Shown in pieces: positions 37,800-51,139 of a DNA stretch of 64,000 nucleotides. Location: contig MU008160.1 in the NCBI GenBank assembly GCA_010909165.1, forward strand, positions 744,001 through 808,000. Reading direction: 5' to 3'. The DNA is from Anthoceros angustus. Taxonomy: Eukaryota > Plantae > Anthocerotophyta. The notes under the pieces are model-generated. The model was not told where the DNA came from and made no database searches. It saw only the letters and a list, made by a program, of their open reading frames with translations. Every line of letters starts with the position of its first letter. The stretch's first letter is position 1. The translations under genes were made by a program, and so were the position numbers.

Positions 37800-38697
37800 A
37801 TACAATCAACCATCTCGCAAGCAATTTCATATTGTGAATAATGGCTTCTGGATGGCAAATGCCACCAATAAGCACATCCTGTAAGAGCCGGACAGCTGGT
37901 TGTGACGGATGCGCCCGCCCTTCCCAACAATACCCAGGTTTAGGGTTTAGGGTCGGCCAAAACCCTAAAGCCTAAGGAGTCGACCTTGATTCGAGGATTT
38001 GTTGAGTGTGTGATTCAAGAACACACCAAAGTGGTGGTGTTGTCTTCCAATCAGCAACACACCAAGGAGGTGATTCAGTCCAATAATCACCAATGCACCA
38101 AGGCAATTAGCTCGAGAATGCTGAATCTATTTATATTGTGTCATTCAGCTCACTCGTTTGGCTCTTGAATTTCTTTCACACATGGGTTCCACTCAAAACC
38201 TTCGAGCAATGTCCGCGGACAGGGTGGGCAGCATGTCAGATTTTACAACACAAAAAACACACCTCCATAAGCACGTCTAGACCACATCGAGCACAAAGAT
38301 TCTACAAGATGCTTCTTCACCACGGCGTCTACGTATGGTTTTACTGAATTGGAGGTGCTCGCACTGAGCTTCCTCTCCATGACCTCGGCCAATGCAAGGT
38401 CCGATGGCCCCCTATCCACCAGCCGTTTTGTCGATGGCCGCCTCACCGTGACTAGGCAATCTACAGCATATTCTCCGAATATCCAGCTTGTGGCCGGTAG
38501 CGTTGTTAGGCGGTTGGCCAAAGCAAGTAGCAACAAGCCAATTTTGGAGACTATGCGAAGATAGTTTGGCCTACCGCTTTGTAGCTATGGAGCTTTGGAA
38601 ATTTATTGCGGCCGCTCTGAAAGTCTGTTTTGTTTCAAACTTGGCGAGAAAGTGCTTTGTGGTGTGGTGTTTTGGTGGCAATGTTTGCTCAACGTGG

Positions 38698-38825
38698 GTT
38701 GTTATGAGGCGACTACACTGAGCATAGATGCTCTTCCCTGTTGTTGTGAGGCAACCACACTGAGCATAGATGCTCTTCCCCGTTGTTGTGAGGCGACCAT
38801 ACTGAGCATAGATGCTCTTCCCCGT
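38698..38825. repeat. Minisatellite, ~42-bp unit x3
   Basis: GTTGTGAGGCGACCATACTGAGCATAGATGCTCTTCCCC variants. Confidence 0.85.
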
Positions 38826-39084
38826 GCACATGGCTATGGAGTTTGTGTAAGACATTGAAAAATGTGACGGGAAGCAATGAGGGCCCACATGTTTCCAGAA
38901 CACATGAGTCGGTAGAGCAAGACACACTTGTAATTGTGTAGTTGAGAACAAAGTCCTCGGATTTTTCCTTGATTACTTATCGTTAAAAATTGGTAATGAA
39001 CTCAAAACAAAGGGAAACCCCCTTAGCCGTTCTGGGGTTAAAGGGCACGTTATTGCAGCAGACGCAGCCTTGTGCAGGTTTCAA

Positions 39085-39206
39085 TAGAATTTACATTCTA
39101 GAAATCTCTATTGAGATTATCAAAGCTTCGTGAGTTTGTTTAAGATTGAATTTACGTTCTACAATCTCTATGGAGATTATCAAAGTTTCGAGAGTTTGTT
39201 AAAGAT
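39085..39206. repeat. Tandem duplication, ~60-bp unit x2
   Basis: GAATTTAC.TTCTA.AATCTCTAT.GAGATTATCAAAG.TTCG.GAGTTTGTT.AAGA occurs twice. Confidence 0.8.
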
Positions 39207-40163
39207 CGTCGTTGTAACAAAGTTCACCACAATTCACAGATTGGAGAGTGTTACAATTTAAAACCCTACTAAGGAGTTTTTAGTAATCTAGAGTCGAAAC
39301 ACTACACAGGAGTTTATGAAGTATGACACATGGTTTTCAAAATGCTGATAATGAGCAAGAAATAGATATGGATAAATCTAACTCTAATGTGAATGCAACT
39401 GGCGCTGGAAAGGTAGTTACGGTGGTCATTGCAAGTCGAGAAGAGAGCTGTAATAACCCTGCCTCTTCTTATATAATCAAAGAAGGACATGGACACAAAC
39501 TTCATGCCCTATAAGACTACTTCGATGCCTGGGACAAACTCAAGCGGGAGAGTGAGAAATTGAAAAGCTTGAAGAACGTGGAGGATTATCTGCTTGAAAG
39601 ATTATTAGCCAAAGTGGAAAAAGGTAAAATCAAAGTAAGTTAAAAGTTGGTGCTAAATTAAACAGTGCTACCAAAGACATGCCATTTCGAATTGCATAGC
39701 GCTGTGGGGCACGTTGTCCTTTCGAGAAATGCGCTCGGCTCTCATCAACAAAAATTCGCTTGTGTTGGTAGGCAAGGGAGGATCGAGATGTGAAGCTTCC
39801 CGTGGAGCAGAGCGCTCAGCTCACATCCACAAAAATGCGGGGAATTTTGGTAGGCATGTTGGAGGATCGAGATGTGAAGCTTGCCATCGAATGGCTTAAG
39901 ATACTTTTATGCAGCCCGAGCCCTGTGATTCTCCAGGGACACTACCACAATGCATGAGGTAAACTAACGTAAAGGTAAAGCGTGGTTTCTTCGTCATAAT
40001 TGCACATAGCAATCCCAGCAAATTACACTTAGCGACATTGAAAAAAACAGCCCATCCCAGCACTGATCCAGGCATGGGGTGCTTAATCCCTGGAGGTCTT
40101 AGAAAGAGTAGAGTAGCTAGCAACACCCAACTGCTGGGAGCACTAGCACAAAATGTGACGGGT

Positions 40164-40243
40164 TCTTGCTACGCTCCGCTTGCTCTTCACTCTTGCTACG
40201 CTCTGCTTGCCCTTCACTCTTGTTACGCTCTGCTTGCTTTCAC
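40164..40243. repeat. Minisatellite, 27-bp unit x3
   Basis: TCTTGCTACGCTCTGCTTGCCCTTCAC variants. Confidence 0.85.
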
Positions 40244-40730
40244 TCGGTCAAAAGGACCCAAACGCGTCTTGCGGGCGAATCACTGCTGGGATGGGGACAG
40301 TCATGTTAAGCGTCTGATGTTTCACCGAGAGGAATGCTTCCCACGCTCTGCTCTCCACTCGCTCCAAAAAGGCCAGCCGCCGGGGCCTGATTGGTCTCAG
40401 CCGGCACGAGCTAGAACTCCATTGGCCCACCGAGAGAGTGAGCCAGAGTTCCAACTCTGTACACGAGGTAGCCCACCAGTCTGAGGGATCCTGGAGGAAT
40501 GGGTGCCAAAGACTGATCCTGCCGATCTTTCTTCATCCCGTTGGCAGACGCTCCCGACATAAAGATCACAGCCAAATTGCCTAATGCTGTCGTTTGGCAC
40601 ACCCTGTTGGGTGCTTGTCGAATGCGGAGAGGAGCTCAGTGCTCTTTGTCTTATACTTCCTGTTGGAATGAGTCCCGACTCACACATGCCACAGTTCACC
40701 TTCGGCAGACTGGCTAGTTGTTCTTCATTA

Positions 40731-43335
40731 TCACGGTCGACCCTTGCAACTGCAACAACCAGCTGCAAATCGATGCACACGGTACCCATCTCGTACAACA
40801 ATCTCTCTCTTTTCAACTCTTGACATGATCTCGGTCGAACTGTGGCAGTCAATGCACATGCGTAGATTCTTGGTTACCACTAGAGGTGTGCCACTCGGAG
40901 TGTTCAAGAGACCAAATGCCAGAGCTAGCTTCTCAGCATGCCCGCAAAGCACATCTTCCTTTTCCTTCTCACCCAGTGGCTTTAACACCAACTGTGTGTG
41001 AGGTACATGGCCCCCTTCCTGCTTCAGACGTGCACTAATACTCTCGGTCTTGAGCGCAACACCCGCTCTGTTTTCTCCCACCGCAAATGTATGTACCTGC
41101 TTCTTGACTTCAATGCTCGCCACTGCAGGTTTCTTGTTGGCTCCTGCTGCTGTTCTCTGAGTTTCGATCCTGTCGACGTCAGTCCACCTACCTGCATCTG
41201 CGTAGGCATTTGCCATGAGCACATATGCCGAGGCACTCTGAGGCTCCAGTCTAACCAGACTTTCAAAACAACGCGCTGCCCTTTCTATATCCCCGTAAAG
41301 TTTGCAGGCATTCAGCAAAGACGTCAACCCTACGACATTGCTTTGGCTCTCACTTGATAATAGCATGTGCTCGGCCTCATCTAAATGGCCTGCACGCCCT
41401 AGAAGATCAATCATGCAAGTGTAATGCTCAACAGTAGGCTTGATGCCATGCTGTTCAGCCATGGAATCAAAGAGCCTGCGACCCTCATGCACCAGCCCCT
41501 CATGACTGCAAGCTGCTAAAAGGCAAGTAAAAGTAGTACCGTCAGGCTGAATACCAGCAACTAACATCTCTTCAAAACAAGCTACTGCGTTGTGACCTTC
41601 ATCAAAAGCACCACACCCTGCTATCAGGGCATTCCATGTCACATCCTTTGTGGCCAAAAACCTGGCGTGCATCTTCCAGTTCACCACATTTTGCATACAT
41701 GTCCACCAGGCAGTTGCCCAACACTACGTTATCCAGCAGTCCTCTTTCAACAATCTGTGAGTGCAGCTGCCTGCCCTTCTGTAAGGCACCAGTGCTTGCA
41801 CAGGCCTTCAGAAGGCAAGCAAAAGTAACATGGTTAGCCAATATCAGGCCATCTTGCTCCATTTGTCCATACAAGAGCCTGGAGTCCTGCTGTGCATACC
41901 CAGCGAGCAGTGCATTCCATGTCACCACATCCTTTGTAGCCAAGCTGTCAAAAACCCAGCGTGCATCTCCCAGCTCGCCACATTTTGCGTACATGTCCAC
42001 TAGGCAGTTGCCCACCAATAGATTATCTAGCTGTCCTCTTTCTACAATCTGTGAGTGCAGATGCCTGCCCATCTGTAAGGCACCAGTGCTCGCACAGGCC
42101 TTCAGAAGGCAAGCAAAAGTAACATCATTTGCCACAAGCAGGCCACCTTGCTCCATTTGTCCATACAGCACAAGAGCCTCTTGGCCCAGCCCTTGCTGTG
42201 TATACCCAGCAATCAGAGCCGTCCATGTCACCACATCCTTTGTGGCCAAGCTGTCAAAGGCCTGGCGAGCATCTTCCAGTTCCCCACATTTGGCGTACAT
42301 GTCCACCAGGCAGTTTCCAACAAACAAATCGGGAGGAATGCCACTCTGCAACACATCACAGTGCACTTTTCTGCCAGATTCTAAGTCAGCGGCAAATGCA
42401 CAAGCTTGAAGGGCAGCTACAAAGACGTGGGCATCTGCCTTCACTCCTGACCTACGCATCTGATGGTACAGTCGTACGGCCTCTTCAGGTTTCCCATGCT
42501 TGGTGAATGCGGAGATTATGGAAAACCACATGAAGGCATCTGGTTTGCCCACCCTGGTGAACACATCCATGGCCTCCTGCAGCCTCCCTCCATATGCATA
42601 CATGCGCAAGATATGGTTACCCAAGTATGCATTCGACTCGTACCCAAGTTTGACACTGAGGTCATGCACTCGTCGCCCCACAACCAGATCCTTCTTAGCT
42701 GCACACAGTTTTAGGACAGTGTAGAACAGAGACTGAGAAATGGCAGAGTCTGTCTCAGCCAAAGACTCCAAGGCTCCAACGGCATCCGAAAGCTTCCCCT
42801 GCTGACATAACATGCGCACGGTCCCAGCCGTTACCACGCTCATTACTGATCCTGCATGCCTCCCAGGTTCAGTGTTATCTGGAGAGCTCCACTTGGCAGA
42901 AGAGGCAACATGACCAATCTGGCTATCCAAAGAAACGAGGTACTCATCGACCCAAGCTGGCTTCAGCATGCTGTTTAACCACAGGACCTCAGTGGAACCC
43001 TTACGCCGGAAGTCAGGCGCAAGGGAGCTCCTCTTAGCTCGCCTGTTGTCCCACCACATGGAAGGGTCCAGAAAAAATTGTTGCCACAACTGCTCCTGCT
43101 CCTGGCAACGACCATCGCTGGAAAACCCGTTGGCACCCACACATTTTCTCGGAAGTGGTGGTGCTGGGCTCCTTACACTGTTGCACCTGGAGGCTTGGTT
43201 GTTTGCCGGGGGTTGACTCCCTGAGCTGAGATGAGCGGGAGCTGTTCGTGAATGAGCGGGGGCTCCTCGTGGGATCCCTGTACACACACCAATTTGTTGG
43301 GTCCACAACGGGTCCAATTCCCACACAGTAGCCAT
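40731..43335 (-). CDS. PDF-PLS-PPR-DYW:KP (GRP) gene, near-intact, with local deletions and a frameshift at ~41600-41900
   Basis: ORFs 41602-43335 (PDF: LWQQFFLDPSMWWDNRRAKRSSLAPDFRRKGSTEVLWL) and 40731-41696 (KKPAVASIEV, HAEKLA, CIDCH, CSCKGRP). Confidence 0.85.
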
Positions 43336-43839
43336 CCTTCAGGGACTGCTGTCGGAGAATGAGGCTAACAACAAACCATGGCAGATGCCCAGGTACTGGG
43401 CATGGCCACACCACTCTGAAGAAAAGTGCATGCGGTTTACTGCTACATTTTGGCCAAACCCGTCTCGAGATTTGGGCCGCGAGCCCAGCCCCGTCGGAGG
43501 CTGCGACATCGAGGAACCCAGCCTCGTCCAAAGCCAAAAGAATCCAGCCAAGTCCTCGTCGAAGGCTAGTGGTCACTGGGAAGATGTCACTTGGATGCAG
43601 TCCCCAGGTCGAAAACCAGTCCGTGGGACCGAGAGATGATGTACATATGTAGCCGGTCAAAATGACACCCTGTAATAAATGCAGGACGTGTGCATACCTA
43701 TGTATGTGGAAGGGAAGGTGTACATGGAGAGCTCATGCCTTCTGGCTGAGAGTCTGTGAGTGGCCAGAGAATGAGCGCGGATTCAGCCATGCCCATCTAG
43801 TGGTTGTCCGCCTCATCTTCCGACAGCGGTGTCTGTAAC

Positions 43840-46800
43840 ATGGCCACAGTTTGGCAAACGGATTCGTCGTGGACCCAACAAATTGGTGACTGTGCAGGCA
43901 TTCTACGAGGAGCTCCAGCTAAACTCATGACCTCGGGAAACAACCAACCCTCCAGGTGCGGCAGTGTAAGGAACCCAGCACTTCCAAGTTTGAGAAAATG
44001 TGTGTGTGGGGAAAGATTTTCCAGGGATGGTCGTAGCCAGGAGCAGGAGCATGGGCTCTTGTGGAAACATTTTTTTCTGGACCCTAGCATGTGGTGGGAC
44101 ACCAGACGAGATAAGAAGAGATCCCATTCCCCTGACTTCCGGCGTAAGAGGTCTGCCGGGGAGGTCCTCTGCTTAAACGTATATAGGCCAGCTTGGGTGG
44201 ATGAGCATGTCCTGTCTCTGGATACGCAGATGGGTCATGGTGCGTCTCCTTCCAAGTCGAGCTGTCCGGATAAGCGGGAGCCTGTCAGGCGTGCAGAATC
44301 AGAAATGGGCGTCGCAAAGCCTGCAACCGTGAGCACATTATGTCAGCAGGGGAAGCTTAGTGAGGCCGTTGGAGCCCTGGAATGTCTGGCGATGACAGAC
44401 TGTTCTATTTCTTCGTCTCTGCTGTACGATGTGCTAAAACTGTGTACAGCGAAGAAGGATTTGGTTGTGGGGAAACGAGTCCATGATCTCATTGTCACAC
44501 TTGGGTGCGAGTCGAATACATTCTTGGGAAACCATCTTCTGCGCATGTATGCATGTGGAGGTAGGCTACAGGAGGCCATGGATGTGTTCACCAGGGTAGG
44601 CACACCAGATGCCTTCATGTGGGGTTCCATAATTTCCGCATATGCTAAACATGGGAAACCGAATGGGGCCATACAACTTTACCATCAGATGCGTAGGTCG
44701 GGTGTGAAGGCGGATGCTCACGTGTTTGCAGCTGCCCTTCAAGCTTGTGCATTGGCTGCCGACTTGGAATCTGGCAGAGGAGTGCACTGTGATGTGTTGC
44801 ACAGTGGCATTCCTCTTAACTTGTTTGTTGGCACCTGCCTAGTGGACATGTATGCAAAGTGTGGTGAACTGAAAGATGCACGCAGGGTTTTTGACGGCTT
44901 GGCCACAAAGGATGTGGTGACATGGACGGCCCTGCTTGATGGGTATGCACAGCAAGGGCTCGGCCAAGAGGCGCTTTCTCTGTATGGGCAAATGGAGCAA
45001 GAGAGGCTGATTTTGGCCAACGATATTACTTTTGCTTGCCTTTTGAAGGCCTGTGCAAGCACTGGTGCCTTACAGAGGGGCAGGCAGCTGCATTCGCAGA
45101 TAGTGAAAAGAGGACTGCTCAATAACACACTGGTTGGCACCTGCCTCGTGGACATGTATGCAAAATGTGGTGAACTAGAAGATGCACGTGAGGTTTTTGA
45201 GAGCTTGGGCACAAAAAATGTGGTGACATGGACGACCCTTGTGGCTGGGTATGCAAAATGTGGCGTACTTGAAGGTGCACGCCAGGTTTTCGACAGCATG
45301 GCCACAAAGGATGTGGTGACATGGACGGCCCTTATTGCCGGGTATGCAAATCATGGGCTCGGTGAAGAGGCACTTCTTCTCCATGGACAAATGGAGCAGG
45401 AGGGCCTGGTCGTGGCTGACCATGTCACTTTTGCTTGCCTTCTGAAGGCCTGTGCAAGCACTGGTGCCTTACAGACGGGCAGGCAGCTGCACTCACAGAT
45501 TGTGGAAAGAGGACTGCTAGATAACATGCTGGTTGGCACCGGCCTGGTGGACATGTATGCGAAATGTGGCGCCATGGAATCTGCACGCCAAGTTTTTGAC
45601 AGCTTGGCCACAAAGGATGTGGTGACATGGACGGCCCTGATTGCTGGGTATGCAAATCATGGGCTCGGTGAAGAGGCACTTCTTCTCCATGGACAAATGG
45701 AGCAAGAGAGGCTGATTTTGGCCAACGATATTACTTTTGCTTGCCTTCTGAAGGCCTGTGCAAGCACTGGTGCCTTACAGAAGGGCAGGCAGCTGCACTC
45801 ACAGATTGTGGAAAGAGGACTGCTAGATAACATGCTGGTTGGCACTGCCTGGTGGACATGTATGCAAAATGTGGTGAACTAGAAGATGCACGTGAGGTTT
45901 TTGAGAGCTTGGGCACAAAAAATGTGGTGACATGGACGGCCCTGATTGCTGGGTATGCAAAATGTGGTGAACTGGAAGATGCACGCCAGGTTTTTGACAG
46001 CATGGCCACAAAGGATGTGGTGACATGGACGGCCCTTATTGCCGGGTATGCAAATCATGGGCTCGGTGAAGAGGCACTTCTTCTCCATGGACAAATGGAG
46101 CAGGAGGGCCTGGTCGTGGCTGACCATGTCACTTTAGCCTCCCTTTTGAGGGCCTGTGCGAGCACTGGTGCCTTACAGACGGGCAGGCAGCTGCACTCAC
46201 AGATTGTGGAAAGAGGACTGCTAGATAACATGCTGGTTGGCACCGGCCTGGTGGACATGTATGCGAAATGTGGCGCCATGGAATCTGCACGCCAAGTTTT
46301 TGACAGCTTGGCCACAAAAGATGTGGTGACATGGACGGCCCTGATATCTGGTTATGGTACTTGTGATGATGGTCACAGAGCACTAGCCTGTTTTGAGGAG
46401 ATGTTAGTTGCCGGTATTCTGCCTGATTACGCTACGTATACTTGCCTTTTAGTAGCATGCAGTCACGAGGGACTGGTACATGAGGGTCGCAAGCTCTTTG
46501 ATTCCATGGCTAACCAGCATGGCATTGAACCTAATGTTGAGCATTACAGTTGCATGGTTGATCTTCTTGGGCGTGCGGGCCATTTAGATGAGGCAGAGAA
46601 CATGCTATTATCATGTGAGGCTCGAAGTGATGTTGTGGGGTTGACGTCTTTGCTGAATGCCTGCAAAAGTCACGGTGATATAGAGAGGGCAAGGCGGTGT
46701 TTTGAAAGCCTTGTTCTGCTGGACCCTCAGCGGGCGTCAGCGTATGTACTTATGGCCAATGCCTATGCAGATGCAGGTAGGTGGACCGATGTAGACAGGA

Positions 46801-47237
46801 TTGAAACACAGAGAATGGTAGCAGGAGCTAAGAAGAAACCTGCAGTGGCGAGCATCGAGGTGAAAAAGCAGGTACATAGATTTCTAGTAGGAGAAAGGAG
46901 AGAGGATATTACGCTTAAGGTAGAGACCACGAATGCCCGTCTGAAGCAGGAAGGAGGCCACATACCCCACACAAAGTTGGTGTTGAAGCCACTGTCTGAG
47001 AAGGAAAAGGAAGACGTGCTATGTGGGCATGCTGAGAAGCTAGCTCTGGCGTATGGTCTGTTGAACACTCCGAGTGGGACACCTCTGGTGGTAACAAAGA
47101 ATCTACGGATGTGCAGTGACTGTCACAGTTCCACGGAGATCATGTCCAGGCTCGAAAAGAGAGACATTGTTGTAAGGGACGGCTATCGTGTGCATCGATT
47201 TGCAGCTGGTTGTTGCAGTTGCAAGGGTCGACCGTGA
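43840..47237 (+). CDS. Long PDF-PLS/SS-PPR-DYW:KP (GRP) gene (~1130 aa) with a single 1-bp frameshift at ~45846, probably a sequence error
   Basis: ORFs 43804-45882 and 45852-47237 join if GGCACTGCC is read as GGCACCTGCC, as in sister repeats; ends CSCKGRP. Confidence 0.9.
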
Positions 47238-47698
47238 GAAGGAAGAAGAACTAGCCAGTGGCCGAGTGTGTACTTGCTTTCTTCTGAGGGTTGAATGTGC
47301 GGGCTTAACTCCATCCCTGTGCTAACTGAGACAGCGACATAGGTCTCTCCACGGATAAACCTCCTCTCATGACAGGGAAGATGATCTGATTATGGAGCCA
47401 GGGATCGTGCTTGTGTACGTAAGCACCGTGACGCAAAGACAGCTTGGAGCCCATTGTAAGCTACAATGCAGCCGTGATCAAGTTGATATGCAGGATAATT
47501 GAAGAAAGGGATGCTTCATGACATCAATGGCAATGTCAGAAGCTTTTGCCCAGGCCCTCGGGTGCAAAGGGCCTGGCCTGGAGCGCCCGCAATTTCCATG
47601 AGGAACTTGTTTGTGCGCATGTTGTAGCCTTCTGCTGGTGTTGAGCTGCAGTGTTTTCCAGCCGCCATGCTGACCAGGAAGACCGGTTTGCTGAATCC

Positions 47699-47822
47699 AG
47701 GGTGGACCTAAAACGTAACGTTAACCTAACGAATTGAAACGTGCCGTGAACGATACGTATCGTACGATACACTACGATACGAAGGGTGAATGATACGAAA
47801 TGAACGTTAACGAAACGAACGG
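47699..47822. mobile_element. Possible hAT/MITE terminus with subterminal ACGATAC/AACG repeats
   Basis: CAGGGTGGACCTAAAACG followed by clustered ACGATAC and AACG motifs; similar ...CCTAAAAC starts near 11962 and 31546. Confidence 0.35.
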
Positions 47823-48398
47823 CTGTACTCGCCAGTCGGCAGGTGAGTTGGGCTCTGTCCTGTCGATGTGCCCGACATGAACCATCGAAGCATCTGGCTT
47901 CTTTGAGTGATGCGTCTCTGAGGAGAAGCCGCAGATTGGTCTTAGTTGGTCTTCAGTCGGTAGCTATTCTCGGTTGAGAAAGCTCCAGAGATTGTTCCGC
48001 GAAGACAAGGCTTCAGGGTATGTGGATTTGGACGGAGAAAGAACAAGAGGAATTGTTCCTTGGTGCCGGGAAGCAAAGCACAGGTTCCTTGGATCGGGGA
48101 GTCCCTGATGCTATGCTGTACAGTGCGGGGGTTATTGATGCCAATATCTCCACTTGCCGCAAATGAGGAGAGGTCGCCGTGCTTGCGTCCGTGCTGCTAA
48201 CCTTGAGTTCTACTTCACCATTAAGACTTAGCAGGATGGCTGGGTTGCAGTGCATTTGGAAGGAAGGTACACATGAAGATAATAGGTGTCCAGACTCCAG
48301 AGAATTAGGGTGAATCCTGCCACCAGTTCCACCTCCTGAAGAAGAATAAGAAGAAAAGTTTGTTGTGTGCATCCTCTCCTGAGGGGGGTGCCGGTAAC

Positions 48399-50788
48399 AT
48401 GGCCACATTGTGGCAATCGGAGCCCTTGTGGACCCAGCAAATTGGTGAGTGTACAGGGATTCTACGAGGACCTCCCGCTCACCTCACCTTCGGGAGTCAA
48501 CCGCTGGGAGACAATCAAGCCTCCAGGTGCGGCGATGTAAGGAACCCAGCATTTCTTGTTTTGAGAAAAAGCGTGGGTGGGAAAGGATTTTCCGGGGATG
48601 GTCGTCGAAAGGAGCAGGAGCACTTGCGGCTACAATGTTTGCTGGACCATGGCATGTGCTGGGACAACAGGTCAGATAGGAAGAGCTCTCGTTCGGCTGA
48701 CTTCCGGCGTAAGGGCTCTGGTGGCGCGGTCCTCTGGTTAAACATGTACAAGCGAGCTTGGGTGGATAAGCAGCTCGTTTCTTTGGATATGCAGATGGGC
48801 CATGGTGAGTCTCCTTCGAACTCGAGCTCCCCGGATGAGCCTGAGCCTGGCAGTCGTGCAGGATCGGAAATTGGCATCGTATCGGCTGTAACTGTGATCA
48901 CGTTATGCCAGCAGGGGAAGCTTACCGAGGCCGTGGGAGCCTTGGAATCTCTGGCTCAGACAGACTGTCCTATTTCTACGTCTCTGTTTTATACTGTGAT
49001 AAAACTGTGTACAGCTAAGAAGGATTTGTTTCTGGGAAAACGAGTTCATGAGCTCACCACCAAACTTGGCTATGAGTCGAATACATACTTAGGGAACCAT
49101 CTGTTGCGGATGTATGCAAGTGGAGGTAGGCTACAGGAGGCTATGGATGTCTTCACCAGGGTACGCAAACCAGATGCCTTCATGTGGTCTTCCATAATCT
49201 CCGCATGTGTTAAACATGGGAAACCTAATGAGGCCATAGATCTGTACCATGAGATGCGTAGGTCAGGTGTGAAAGCGGATGCTCACGTGTTTACAGCTGC
49301 CCTTCAAGCTTGTGCATTTGCCACAGACCTGGAATCTGGCAGAGAAGTGCACTGTGATGTGTTGCACAGTGGCATTTCGCTTACCTTGTTTGTTGGCACC
49401 TGCCTGGTGGACATGTATGCAAAATGTGGCGAACTGGAAGCTGCACGTCAGGTTTTCGACAGCTTGGCCACAAAAAATGTTGTGACATGCAATGCCCTCA
49501 TAGCTGGGTATGCAAATAGTGGCGACCTGAAAGGTGCACGCAGGGTCTTTGACATCTTGGCGACAAAGGATGTGGTAACATGGACAGCCCTGATTGCTGG
49601 GTATGTAAAGCATGGCCTTGGCCAAGAGGCGCTTGTTCTGTACAGAGAAATGGAAAAGGAGGGCATCATTGTGGCTGACCGTGTTATTCTAGCGTGCCTT
49701 CTGAAGGCCTGTGGAATCGCCGGGGCCCTACAGAAGGGCAGGCAGCTGCACTCGCAGATTGTGGAAAGAGGACTGCTAGATAACCTACTGGTTGGTACCT
49801 GCCTGGTAGACATGTATGCAAAATGTGGAGAACTGGCAGATGCACGCAGGGTTTTTAACAGCTTGGCCACAAAGGATGTTGTGTCATGGACGACACTGAT
49901 ATCTGGGTATGGTACTTGTGATGATGGTCACAACGCACTAGCCTGCTTTGAGGAGATGCTGGTTTACGGTATTCAGCCTGACGAAGCTACATTTACTTGC
50001 CTTTTAGTTGCTTGCAGTCATGAGGGACTGGTGCATGAAGGTCGCAAGCACTTTGATTCCATGGCTGGCCAGCACAGCATCCAACCTACTGTTGAGCATT
50101 ACAATTGCATGATTGATCTTCTTGGTCGGGCAGGCCATTTAGATGAGGCAGAGAAAATGCTATTATCATGTGAGGATCAAAGTAATGTTGTTGGGTTGAC
50201 GTCTTTGCTGAATGCCTGCAAAAGTCACAGGGACATAGAGAGGGCGGCACGGTGTTTTGAGAGCCTAGTTAGACTGGACCCTCAGCGAGCGTCCACATAT
50301 GTGCTTATGGCCAATGCCTATGCAGATGCAGGTAGGTGGACCGATGTAGAGAGGATTGAAGCACAGAGAATGATAGCAGGAGCTAAGAAGAAACCTGCAG
50401 TAGCAGGCATTGAGGTGAAGGAGCAGGTGCATACATTTGTGGTAGGAGAAAGGACAGATGACATTGCGCTAAAGGTAGAGAGCACAAATGCACGGCTGAA
50501 GGAGGAAGGAGGCCACATGCCGCAGACAAAGTTGGTGTTGAAGCCACTGCTGGAGAAGGAAAAGGAAGATGTGCTTTGTGGGCATGCTGAGAAGCTAGCT
50601 CTGGCGTTTGGTCTCCTGAACACTCCGAGTGGAACACCTTTGATGGTAACGAAGAATCTACGCATGTGCAGTGACTGCCACAGTTCCACGGAGATCATGT
50701 CAAGGATTGAAAGAGACATTGTGGTAAGGGATGGGTACGTGTGCATCGATTTGCATCTGGTTGTTGCAGTTGTAAGGGTCGCCCGTGA
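48399..50788 (+). CDS. PDF(degenerate)-PLS/SS-PPR-DYW:KP (GRP) gene; small deletions in the last ~25 codons
   Basis: ORF 48360-50891 is in frame through CSDCH; the duplicate at 51602-51774 supplies the intact tail IERREIVVRDGYRVHRFASGCCSCKGRP. Confidence 0.9.
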
Positions 50789-51139
50789 GATGAAAAACGA
50801 CGTGACAGTGCTAAAGTGGGTACGCCAGGAACATTACTTTCTCTTAAGAGGTGAGCATGCCTGCTTAATTCCATCTCTGTGTAAACTGTGACAGTGACAA
50901 CGATTCTCACACGTTTCCTTGACAGGGAAATCTGGGTCAGTTTATCTCTTCCCTGTATGTACATAAGTTCCGTGAGGAAAGGGCAGCTCAGGACTGATGG
51001 GAAGTGAGAATGCAGCCATGATCAAGTTGATATCCGGAATATTCGTCCAAGAAATGGATGGAGATGCTTCATGGCGGATGACATGTCGGGAAGAAGCCTC
51101 ACCCGAACTGGGATGATTGCCACCCTGGCAAATATCGGA

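Noticed and set aside
38243-38951. Minus-strand ORFs of 97-126 aa
   Set aside because: Partly generated by the 42-bp minisatellite; no recognisable domain.
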